Both the position numbers and the translations under genes were made by a program. From the human T2T-CHM13v2.0 reference genome, Homo sapiens, in the NCBI RefSeq assembly GCF_009914755.1, contig NC_060929.1: 64,000 nucleotides of DNA; one strand, 5' to 3'. Each line of letters opens with the position of its first letter. Positions within the stretch are counted from its first letter, which is position 1. This document shows positions 29,011-40,125 of the stretch, piece by piece. The notes beneath the pieces were generated by a model that made no database searches, was not told the DNA's origin, and saw only the letters and a program-made list of their open reading frames with translations.

Positions 29011-30139
29011 CCTGGTTTCCATTTTTGCAATCTTCTTATTTCATTTTCAGTGTTTAGCTTTGGGTTACTGTGTGCCCAAACTAGCTTCTTTACCTGAAGG
29101 ACACATTTTGAAATACAATTTTCTGTATCAAAGAATGATACCTGCAATATCATATTAAAAGGAAAATTAAATAGTATTTGCTTGGGCAGAACCACTAAAG
29201 CATCCTTTATAATCCATGAAGAATTATAAAGATTTCTGGCCATTTCTGCAACATACATGATTTCTCGCCTTACTTGTGCATATGCAAAGCACATTTAAAA
29301 TATGAACCCATAGAGTGATATGAGAGAGCCAACTGAATTAACAATGAAAAGAAATGACTGGCTTTAAAAGATAAGTTCTCCCTGGTGATCCTTTGAATCC
29401 ATGTTAGTGGTTATAAATTGCTTGGCCTGAATCTTGTTTCCATTGTTTGGGGGTCAGGAGACAGATCTCAATCTAGGAGAAGATTCTGAAAAAATCAAAA
29501 CCCTTGTTTGCTTTTCATAGTGTCTTCATGCTCTGAGGCCAGCCTGAATCTCATGCACAGGCTGTAGACAATATGAGTAATGGCGATGATTAGATGTTTA
29601 AAGCCCTCTTGCTCACTCCTATTCTCATCCCCCACATCCTCCCAAGAGCCACTTCAGTGCACTACTAACAGACAAAATATGAAAATGCCATTTGGATTTT
29701 TACCACTTTACCTGATAACTATTCTATGCTAATGCATTAATAGACTATGCAGGGAAAATGTAGTCCCTTTGAATATGGCTGGCTTTTGTTTTCCTTTTAC
29801 TTACACTTGGTAACAAAGTACACTGTCAGAAAGACAGCAATTTTTCTTTTTAAACAGAATGAATGGCTTTTTGACTTTAAAAATTAGAAAAAATTGCTTG
29901 CTTTATTGGCAGGGGTGGGTGTTAGATGCAATATTAAATTTCTTTACTATTTTCATTTTTTAAAAGTCCATTTTAGAACCAACTTCAGAAAAAGCATTCA
30001 TTTTAGAAATGAGATTTTTTAAAAAAACTTTAGTAGGCTCCAGTAATATGGTGTTTACCAAAACAGGGAGTGATTTGTTTCTTTGAGCTAGATGTCTGTA
30101 TCTGTCTATATCTGTATCTATATTTGTATTTATATCTAT

Positions 30140-31015
30140 ATAATAGCTTTATTGAGATATAATTTACATACCATAAAATTCATCCATTTAGAGTGTACAA
30201 CTCAATGATTTTAGTTTATTTATGGAATTGTGAAACCATGACCATAATCTAATTTTAGAACATTCTCATCACTTCAAAAAGAAACTCCATACCCACTGAT
30301 GGAAGTGTCTGCTGCCCTCATGCCGGCTGCAGCAGGGAAGCACGGCAGGGGCTGCACACTTCATGGAGCCAGTGGGAGCCCTGCCCCTTCTGAGATGGAA
30401 CAGGAGCTCCCTGTGCGGCTGCAGCCACCCAAGCTGTAGCTGCAGACCCAGGCCTCGGCCTCTATGGAATAAGCAGGAGCCCCACCCTCCTGGGCGGGGC
30501 TATAGCCGCCCAACCTTAGCTGTGAATGGAGCCTCCCTGTGCTCTTGGGGAACCCGGGAACAGGCAGGACCTGTCTTCCTGGGTGCAGCTGCAGCCTCCG
30601 CATTGGTGGCTGCAGACCTGGGCCTCCTGCTCCAGGAAGAAGGCAGGAGCCAGGGACAAGCGGGAGACCTGCCCCTTCCCATGGCGGGGGCGGGAGCTCT
30701 GGGGTGCAGCTGCAGCACTTAATATAAATGAAATCATGTAATATGCGGTCTTTTGTGGCTGGCTTCTTTCACTTACTATGATATTTTCAAAGTTCATTTA
30801 CGTTGTATTATATATCAGTAACTTCATTCCTTTTTATTGCTAAATGATATTCCATTGTATGAATATACCACATTTTATTTATTCATTAATGATAGACATT
30901 TTAGTTTTCTCCTTTTTTGGCTATTATGAATAATATTGTCATGAATTTTTGTGTACATGTCTTTATGTAGATGTATATTTTCCTTTTAGTATATACTAGA
31001 AGTAGAATAAGCAGT
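30140..31015 (-). mobile_element. L1MB-like 3' end, interrupted by MER52
   Basis: agctttattgagatataatttacataccataaaattca...ttttagaacatt...; resumes atataaatgaaatcat...ggcttctttcactta. Confidence 0.85.
30297..30717 (+). mobile_element. ERV1 LTR, MER52D-like, 5' part only
   Basis: tgatggaagtgtctgctgcc...ggctgcagcagggaag...ggggctgcacac start, GC-rich with recurring gcagctgcag/gcaggagc units; explains the ORF cluster at 30361-30797. Confidence 0.75.
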
Positions 31016-31085
31016 AGGCTAGATATTTTAGGACTATAGGATACCTAAAGATGTATCAGAAGGTTATTTTGATATCATTTAAAGC

Positions 31086-31220
31086 TTTTTTATTTATTAT
31101 TTTTTAGATACAGGGTCTCACTATGTTGCTCAGGTTGGAGTCAGACTCTTGAGCTCGTGTGATCCTCCCACCTCAGCCTCCTGAGTAGTTGGGACTACAG
31201 GCACACTTTATCATACCTGG
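31086..31220 (-). mobile_element. FLAM (Alu monomer)
   Basis: Single Alu arm antisense: agggtctcactatgttgctcagg...gatcctcccacctcagcctcctgagtag...cctggc. Confidence 0.85.
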
Positions 31221-33169
31221 CTGGTTTTGCTATCTTAATTTTCTACTCCAGACTATAGAATACACAACATTAAATGTTGCTGCACTAGTTTGTGGCTTCT
31301 TCCTACTTCTGAGATTTTTTTCTCATGTGTCTGAGGAGATATAAATACCCTCATCTATCATTATTCTTTTTAAGAACAGATAGGTTTGTCCAAGAAGTGT
31401 TTGCTACAAGGATTTTCTGACCATTTTTCTAACCAGTTCTAGGGAAGAAATGATTGGCAGTAAAGATATCCAATTATAGCTCCATTACCTCATTTGAGGT
31501 GACCTCATTGAGCTGATCTCTCTCTGTTATGAGATAGCAGCAGTAATTAGCAAGCTAATTTGGATAGAGATTTCTTACAAGAACTGTGCAAGTATTACAT
31601 GTTCCATTTATTTTAATAATGTAAAATATATCTTTCTGAGACATGCACACAGACCTTGATGTGATTTATTCAAGAACGGTAGTCAACAGTCACAATTGGT
31701 TACTTCTAGTTTTATTCTGGAGAGAGGGAAAAGGAAAAAAAAAACCTCATCAAGTGTATAGTGAATGAAAAGGGGCTTCATGCTTAAATAGAAGACTAAG
31801 GGGCTTCTGGCATACTCATGCTGTGGCTTTTTCATTAGCAGGCACAGGCGAGCCAGCAATGCATGTTGTTAAAGTACGAACCCTCTCCTTGACAGTAAGG
31901 AAATCCTCTAGGGAACTGACGAGGCTATTTCTCCAACTCCCTCATTACACATCAGAGGTATATTTATCTAGCTGAAAGTAAAATGTGGGGTTAGTGTCTA
32001 ATATAGTTTTTACAGGAAACCTGCTGTGTTGCTTCTTACATCTTGCTTTTTCCCCTTATATTACTTTTATCTTTTCCCTGCCTTACTTTGCTGTCCTCGG
32101 TATTCTCTCAGCATCTCAGGTGACTGTTACAAGACATAAGTCATGCCAACAATACTACAGATACCTCCAAAAATAGTAACTGTCATATAAGATCTCCCAG
32201 ATCTCTAATGAAGAATATAAGGAAATAGACTAAAATACAAAATAAAATAAAAATAAAACAGTAAAGCATCTGAGATACTGCAGTCAAGGATCCAGGTCTC
32301 TATGTAGCAATGACCACAGAAGCCAGGATCTCAAGAACAAAGCAACTAGTAGCAGACACATTACAAATATAATTAAAAGGAAGTAACCATCTAAATACTG
32401 TTTCTAAGATTTTGAACATAAAACTGACCACTTGAACAAATACATATGCAGAGACTGTTTTTGAATAGTTTTTCAAATTTTTTGGCTGTGATCCAAAAAT
32501 TTAATATGTACAGACCTTGACATATTTTCATATTAGAGCAAAAGCTTTGTGAAACATCATGGTGTACCATGACATTTTCGATTCAAACTCTATTCTGTTG
32601 TCATTAAAATCCTGGCCACAATGTACTATGTTCATTGCTGGACTTACTAGTGGGGGTCAAAACCTGTAGTTTGATAAATATTGATATAAGTGGTAATTAA
32701 GGCCTGCTTCAAGATTATGACCTCTGTAGGGCAGGAGATCAAAGAACCAGGCCAAAGTGGAATGTACAAGAGTTAAGCAGAGATTGAGCAATATAAGTAA
32801 AGGAATTATGGATCAGACCAGCATAAAGGTCGTTAGTTACTTAGCATCAGCTAGAAGAATTGAAAATTAGCATTAGAACTGCATAATCTTTGTGAATATA
32901 ACAATGATTAGTATTCCTTGTATATCAATATGATTAAGTTAAACTGAGTATTTTAGTGCCTGTAGTGTTCATGGCATAGCATGGGTTCAGCCATTCTCAA
33001 CAAATTCTTCGGCTGTCCTCATGACTCCTGTGGTTGTTATGACAACTAGCTGGACTGAGTAGACCCTGTCTATTGCAGTGAGTGTGCTGATATCCAGGCT
33101 GCAGAGATCAGACAAACAGTATTACTGACCAAGTGCTACTTTAAGAAGACAAATTTCTGCCAGGGGGTA

Positions 33170-33410
33170 CTATACGTAACATTGTGGGTAAGAGTTTGGG
33201 CACAGGATTTAGGCATCATTTGTTTACATTTTGTCTCTAATCATTTAATTGCTGGGTTACCATCAGCATGTTAGGTAACTTCTGTAAACCTTAGTTTCTC
33301 ACCTATGATAATATAATAACAGTGGATGTTTTGTTTAGATTAGACTTAGATAACAAACCTAAGTGCTTATCCTAATCCTTGACACATAGGAAACACTCAG
33401 TACATGCTAA
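33170..33410 (+). mobile_element. MIR
   Basis: gtgggtaagag...taacttctgtaaaccttagtttctcacctat...ctaagtgctta...cctgacacatagga-like end. Confidence 0.6.
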
Positions 33411-34099
33411 CTTTCCCACTCCCACCCTGCCTAAGCAGGATGATCCAGCCCTTTAAAAGATGTGGCTTATCAGGGAGTGATTCTTAGTGGAGGATGGAGA
33501 GGGCATATTTATTCTGAGAATTTCCCGCAGGAGATTTGAATATGCCTCCATGAGCCTCAGGTTGTAATTCAAGTGAAGAATGTACAGGAAGGTTGATCAG
33601 AACACTTAGAAAAATGATATAAACCTCAATTTATTCAAATCAAAAGAATGGTAAAGGGCTTCAGAAGAGCTCTTGCACAGACACCTTAACCCTAAAGAAG
33701 GGTTAGCAGCTGATCAGCCTTGGGAGAGCTTCCATCTGGACCAGTAGCAGTCAGAGTGGGAGTGGGGAGGGGGTGTGGTAAAGTTCACCTTCTGGAACAA
33801 GGTACATCCTCAGGCAAATGGTATTTTTTATTCAAGAGTAGAATCAGGTAAAAACAAAAATCACAGGCTTCTATTTTAGAACATGGCCTAGATATAAATT
33901 TTCTGTTGGAATTTTAGTAAAGGAAATGTTTTTTTAATCTGTATTTGAGATAATTTGGGCTAGAAAGTGAGGACCTGTGGAGATAGAAATATTCAAGAAG
34001 TAGGACTGGGAAAGAATGGATGAGTTTGGATTAAATATTTTTATTAACCACAAAATAATATATTTTCAAGAGAGGAGCTGAAAAAAAAGAGGGAAGGTC

Positions 34100-34281
34100 T
34101 TCAACATGTCAACAACAGGCATCTGGTACTCACCTTCTCTGCAAAGAGGAACCAAAATAGTAGATAATTACACTTCGAATAGATAACCCAAGAAGAAACA
34201 GTGGAAGTCAACAGAGAAGTGAAAGGAAACACCTAAGGCAAGGACGGAGCAGAAAAACGAGGCAACTTTCTCAGCCCAGAG
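34100..34281 (+). mobile_element. L1 (L1M/L1PB-age) extreme 5' end
   Basis: caacatgtcaacaacaggcatctggtactcacc...gaaccaaaatagtagataattacacttcgaatagat resembles old L1 5' terminus. Confidence 0.55.
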
Positions 34282-34282
34282 C

Positions 34283-36820
34283 ACTATTTCTTTCTGATTT
34301 AGGGTTTGGTTTATTCTTGCTTTTCTAGTTTTTGAGGTGCATAATTGTGTATTTGTTCCACTTTTCGATGTAGGTGTTTGTTGCTATAAACTCTACTCTT
34401 ATCAGAGCTTTTGCTGTGTCCTCTAGATTTTGGTATGTTATGTTCCCATTTTCATTTAAGACACTTTTTGACTTCCTGCTTAATAAAGAGTTAATAGTTG
34501 CTCCAGAGCATGTTATGTAATTTCCATGAATTTGTACAGCTTCCAAAGTTCTTTTTGGTATTAAATTTTTAGTATTAATTTGGTATTGGTATTCTGTTGT
34601 GTTCTGAGAAGATATTTGATTTGATTTTAATTTCTTAAAATTTGTTGGATTTGTTTTGTGGCCTAACATATGCTCTATTTTAAAGAATGCTTTATTTTAA
34701 AGAATATTTCCTGTTCTGATGAGAAGAATGTGCTGTAGCTGTTGGATGAAATGTTCTATAAATATCTGTTTAGTCCATTTGGTTTAAAATGCAGATTAAG
34801 TCTAATGTTTCTTTGTTTTCTGCCTAGATGTTCTATCCAATGCTTAAAGTGGGATGTTGAATTTTTCAACTATTATTGTATTGGAGTCTTTTTCTTTCTT
34901 TAGCTCTCATAATATTTACTTTATCTTCTGTGTGCTCAGTGTTGGGTGGTGTATATTTCTATTTGCCATATCCTCTTGCTGAACTGACCCCTTTATCGGT
35001 ATATAATGAGCTTCCTTGTCTCTTCTCACATTTTCTTTCCTTAAAGTCAATTTTATCTGATATAAATAGAGCTATTCCTGCATGCTTTTGGTTTCTATTT
35101 GTGTGGAATATTTTTTTAATCCCTTTACTTTTACTTTATATGTCTTTACAGGTCAAGTGAGTTTCTTGAAAGGAGCATATAGTTGGGTGTTTCTTTTTTA
35201 TTTTAGAATATCTTTTGTTCTTTTATCTCTCTTTTATGGTTTACCTTTATGACTTTGTGGTCTTAAAAACTGATACAACTTTATATCTTTCTCTCATTTG
35301 TTATCTGTTCTACTAGTGACTTTTATACTTCTGTATCTTTTTATGATAGCTATTCTTTCACTTCCAGATTAGGGCTCCCTAATGCTTAACAGCTTGAGCA
35401 TTTCACGTAGGGTCAGTCAAGTGGTGATGAATTCTCTCACCTTTTGTTTATCTAGGAAAGATGTTATTTCTCTTTCATTTCTGAAGAATAGCTTTGCCAA
35501 GTATAGTATTGTTGGCTAGCAGTTTTCTTTCTTTCGGCACATTGAATATATCATCCCATTCTCTCCTGGCCTGTAAGGTTTTCTACTGAGAAAACTGCTG
35601 TTAATCTGATAGACATTCCCTCATATGTGACTTGAAGTTTTTTCTCTTGCTGGCTTTAGAATTCTCTCTTTGTCTTTTACTTTGGACACTTTCACTATTA
35701 TGTGCCTTGCATAAGACTTTTTTGGATTGAATTTATTTTGGAATCTTTAAGCTTCCTGTCACCTGAATTTTTATATCTCTTGATGTAGACGTAAAAAGTT
35801 TTCAGCTGTTGTTTAACTAAATAGGTTTTTGTCTGCCTTTGTTCATTTCTTCTTCTTTGGAACTTCCAAATTTTAAAAATTTGTTCACTTTTTGGTATCC
35901 CCCAAGTCAAACGTAGGTTTTCTGCAATCTTTTTAATTAGTTTTTATTCTTTGTCTGACTGGATTATTTCAAATGGCCTGTTTTGAAGTTCAGAAACTAT
36001 TTCTTCTGCTTGATCTATCTGTTGTTGAAGCACTCAATTGTATTTTTTATTTTATTCATTGAATTCTTTTGTTCTAGAATTTGTTTGGTTCTTTTTTATA
36101 TCTATGTCTTTATTGAATTCTCATTCATATCCTGAATTGTTTTTCTGACTTCTTTGTTTTATGTGTGTTCTCATGTGTTTCACTGAGTTTCCTTAAGATC
36201 ATTGTTTTACATTATTTTTCATGCATTTCACAGACTTCTTTTTCTTTGGGATCTATTTGTGGATCCCAAAGATGTTTCTTTGGAGATGTCATGTTTCCCT
36301 ACTTTTTCATGTTTTTTGTGCATCTGATATAACACTTTCCAATTCTATGGATTGGCTGTCATAAGGAAATACATTTTTCTGTAGGTCTACATATTATGTT
36401 GATTAGGTATGATGCTTTGGCTTTGATTCTGAGTGGGTCCAATAGCATAGTCTTTGTACAATTTCTTCAGCCCTGATAATATCATTGGTGTCTGTGAACT
36501 CTTCAGTGACTTAGGCTGAGGTTGTTCATAGAGGCTGTGGTGCAGCTTTGCTGGGAATGGGAACACCAAGTGGGATAGTCCTTTGGTCCCTGGATGGTAT
36601 ATGCTAGTGCTGGCAGTTGCAATGGGGTAGGATATATTTGCAGGACTGCAGGTGGCATGCATGGGCTCTGGAAGCAGGCAGCATGCCAATTCTTAGTCCT
36701 TTGGATGGTGCATCTGTCTTCAGGTCCCCAGATGCTGTGTATTGATTCCCACACCTGGGTGGGTGAGTGTCAGTAGTGGTGGTGGGGTGGGATGACCATA
36801 ACCTTAGAGCTCTGGATGGT
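34283..36820 (-). mobile_element. L1 5'UTR-ORF1-ORF2(EN) segment, degenerate
   Basis: Minus-strand peptide MLGHKT...ENGNITYQNLEDTAKALIRVEFIA (ORF2 N-terminal region); ORF1 motif caggccaggagagaatgggatgatatattcaa antisense near 35545-35575. Confidence 0.85.
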
Positions 36821-37059
36821 GCTTGAAGAAATTAGATAACTGTTTATATCTGGAAAGAGTGTCATATGGAAGAAAGGCCAGGCATGTGGTGAACTGAGTT
36901 CTAGTTTTGCCTTTGAACTGGCTTTTCAATTTCCTAATCTCCATTATTAAATGAGGGGATGACAAATTACTCACAATTCATAGCAATCATGGTCAGTTAA
37001 GTTAATTTGAATATTCTTTCATTAAGTACACATAATGTGTCATTTTTGGAGCATATAAT

Positions 37060-37500
37060 ACCTTAGAAAAGATAACCATTAGAAAATAAAACACAAGGTA
37101 AAGGATGATAATTGTCAAACGACAGTTAAGTTCAGAAAAGAGAGAAGGTTTATTTATCTAGGACCATCTGAGATTGCTTAATAGTAGAGATGGACAGCCC
37201 TTGAATAGATGTTTGAAGGACAGCTAGAATCTGGACAATTTATATTGGGTGATCAGTAGGTAGGAGACAGTTCAGGGGAGGGAACTAGCACAAATAAAAT
37301 CATTGGGTCAGAAAAATATTAACAAGGTGGGGTGTGGTAAAGAAATAGAATGCAGCCCTGTTTGGGTGGAATGTAGGGTACTTTAGCAGAAACAGCGGAA
37401 GATAAGGCCAGAAACAGGAGCTTCTGGACAAAATATAAGGCCCTGGCGTGCTCTAGAGGCAACAAAGAATGATAGACATCTCTAGAAAGAGTTATGCAAC
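37060..37500 (+). mobile_element. L2 fragment
   Basis: Purine-rich degenerate L2 sequence (cagcccttgaatagatgtttgaaggacagctaga...). Confidence 0.5.
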
Positions 37501-37569
37501 GATAAGAGCTGAATATAAACAGGAATTTCATTTTCTTCTTCTTCATCAATTTTTTTCTTTTTATTGATA

Positions 37570-37810
37570 AGTTAGGCTACCTGGGTTCAAATTCTGTCTT
37601 CACCATTTACTATTTAGGAGAACTTAGGCAAATTATTTAACCTTGCTAAGCATCAGTTTCTAAACCTGTAGGTGGGATAATAACCTATAACCTACCTTAT
37701 AGGGTTGTTGTAGAAATTAAATGAAATAATAAGTAAAAGCACTCAACAGAGTGCCTAGTACAAGAGCTGCTCTCACTGAATGACAGCTGCTGCTTTTGCT
37801 GTTATTATAT
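37570..37810 (+). mobile_element. MIR
   Basis: cctgggttcaaattctg...ttaggcaaattatttaacct...cagtttc...ctaccttatagggttgttg...aaaagcactcaacagagtgcct. Confidence 0.8.
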
Positions 37811-37895
37811 TTAAGCTATTTAATAGACCAGTTTTTGCAGCTCTTTAATTAGGACTTTTCTGTTCAAGTAGGGCCTCTGACCTTTTGGGATAAGA

Positions 37896-37914
37896 AAAGC
37901 CACCTAGTGGCTGT
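37896..37914 (-). promoter_or_regulatory. Candidate CTCF motif
   Basis: Minus strand CAGCCACTAGGTGGCTTT matches the CCASYAGRKGGC core exactly. Confidence 0.45.
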
Positions 37915-38994
37915 CATTACTATTTTTAACCTCTTGTAATCAGTGGCAGTCTCTGGGCCCCAGGGGTTTAAAAGCACTTTGCTAACAGTTCTGAATTTGG
38001 AGTAATCTGTGGATTCGATCCCAAGCATTTTCTTTCTGTCTATGAAAACAGTCCCTTGAAAATTAGCTTAATTGATTTGGTAATTAAAGGAGTTCAGACG
38101 TTTATAGTGATATTTTATACTAAAAGTCCCAGTCAGTGACTACTTTGGAGGTTTAATTGTTTTGTTTACCTTAATTCCCATCCTGCTATCAGCTGTTTAA
38201 AACTAAGAATTTGGGGTTGAATAGAAACAGCCTGTTTTGTAAGGGCTTAGAAAGACTATCTCTTCATAGTGGAATGATGTTAGGGTCATGTTTTAAAATG
38301 GAAGGGAGGGTGGAGAAGACTCATTTCATTGTTCATCTTGAGTGATGAAAAACGGGCCATGGTGTGTTGCTCACTTTGTACCTCTTGTACACTTCCAAGG
38401 TCAAAATGGTCACTGGATGCCTCCTTCCAATTTGGCATGTCTACCTATCTAAACATAAGCATTAATCCTAAAAGAAGAAATTAAATGACTGAGATTCCAG
38501 GATGTTCACAATTGCTAATTACTGCTAATTATTTAAAGATTATTCATATGGGAAAAATTTAACTGCAAATAGAACACCAATGATATATTTTGTCAAAAAT
38601 TATAAGAAAGTTAAGTAATTTATTTTGTGGAAATCAGGTGCAATTATTTTATTAAATTATATTATTTGTATGATCATTTGTACATATAACTTTAAACTAT
38701 TATATATAATTTAATAAGTATGTATAATACATAATAAAATACATACAGTAAAACATAAAATATATCTAATAATATATGTAAGAAAACTTTGTATAGAGCT
38801 TTCTTAAATCACTTTAATAGCAATGACTCATTTGATCTTCACAACAGTTTTGTGGAAGATTGATAGCTGTTATTCCCATTTTATTAATGAGGAAACTAAG
38901 TTTTAGGAAGTTAAGCAATTTGCCCAAAGAAAATAGTTAATATGTGTTTTTTTGTTGTTGTTGTTACTCACTTGTCCAAATTAGGACTACTATG

Positions 38995-39545
38995 TGCTAT
39001 AATTTGAATATTTGACCACTTTAAACCTCATGTTGAAATTTGATCCCAATGTTGGAGGAGCGGGGCTAATGGGAGGTATTTGGGTCACGGGGGTGGCAAG
39101 GGATGATCGTATTTTGCAATATGAGAAGAACATGAATTATGGGATGTCAGGGGTGGAATGCTATGGTTGGATATTTGACCCCTCCAAACTGGAAAGATCC
39201 CCAGTGTTGGAGAAAGGGCCTAATGAGAAGTGCTTGGGTCATGTGAGAAGATCCCTCATGAATGGCTTGGTGCCGTTTTCGTGTTAATGAGTGAGTTTTG
39301 CTCTGTTAGTTCCTGCAAGAGTTGGTTGTTAAAAGAGCCTAGCACCTCCCTGTTCTCTCACTTTCTCTCTTGCCGTGTGATCTTTGCATATGCTGACTTG
39401 CTTTCCCTTTCCACCATGAGTGGAAGCAGTCTGAGGCCCTGACCAGAAACAAATGCTGGCACCATGCTTCTTGTACAGCCTGCAGAACTGTGAGCTAAAT
39501 AAACCTCTTCTCTTTATAAATTACACAATAACAATGACTTAGGCA
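38995..39545 (+). mobile_element. MST (MSTB-like) MaLR provirus remnant: partial 5'LTR + end of internal region + 3'LTR
   Basis: LTR start tgctat.. at 38995 and again at 39159, preceded by PPT aggggtggaa; ends ..aggca; TSD ctatg/ttatg. Confidence 0.85.
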
Positions 39546-39649
39546 TTATGAGAAAAGAGAGAAGTCACTACCTAAGAAAACTATTGGTATTGACTCTGAA
39601 TGCATCAATGACAAAAAGAATAAAGGAATTTACTTTTCACTTTTCCAGG

Positions 39650-39890
39650 CAATAGAATGTGAGGTGAAGGGTACATTGGAGTTAGCCTGGCTGTCTTCAG
39701 ATCCCACCTTCATTACTTACTACATGTGATCTTGTCAAGTTATGTACACTTTGCAGCCACTTTCCCATTCTAATTTGTAAAATGGGAACAGTAATAATAC
39801 CTCTTCTCTGGAGGACTGATGGAAGAATTTAGGTAAAGCACATGGCACAGGGCCAGGTAGAAGATCAATAAAACTAATATGTTGCTACTA
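39650..39890 (+). mobile_element. MIR
   Basis: cattacttactacatgtgatcttg...ttgtaaaatgggaacagtaataatacct...gtaaagca. Confidence 0.7.
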
Positions 39891-39936
39891 TTATTATTGT
39901 AATTACTATTATTTCAAGTGAAATTTGAGTCCATAC

Positions 39937-40125
39937 CTGAGGCTTGGGTAGAGCGATTGTTATCATAGAAATACAAGCCAACCATCCTTTCAAGATGCAA
40001 TAGTGCAGGACCCACATGTCCGTGTTTATATCCAGCTGGTGCAGAAGACCCAGACACCCTGGGTTCTTGATAGCCAGAGGTGGGAGGCTACTGTTGTGCA
40101 GAGTAACATCTTCCCAGACATGGCT
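39937..40125 (-). pseudogene. PDZPH1P: Exon C (189 nt): linker + PH2 N-terminal strands; frameshift
   Basis: Acceptor ttttatgttacacctgcag, donor CAG|gtatgg; SHVWEDVTLHNSSLPPLAIKNP...WVLHYCILK, then LYFYDNNRSTQAS in another frame (lesion ~39975-39990). Confidence 0.88.

Noticed and set aside
30361-30797. Six overlapping ORFs in a GC-rich block
   Set aside because: Stop-codon depletion in a MER52-like LTR
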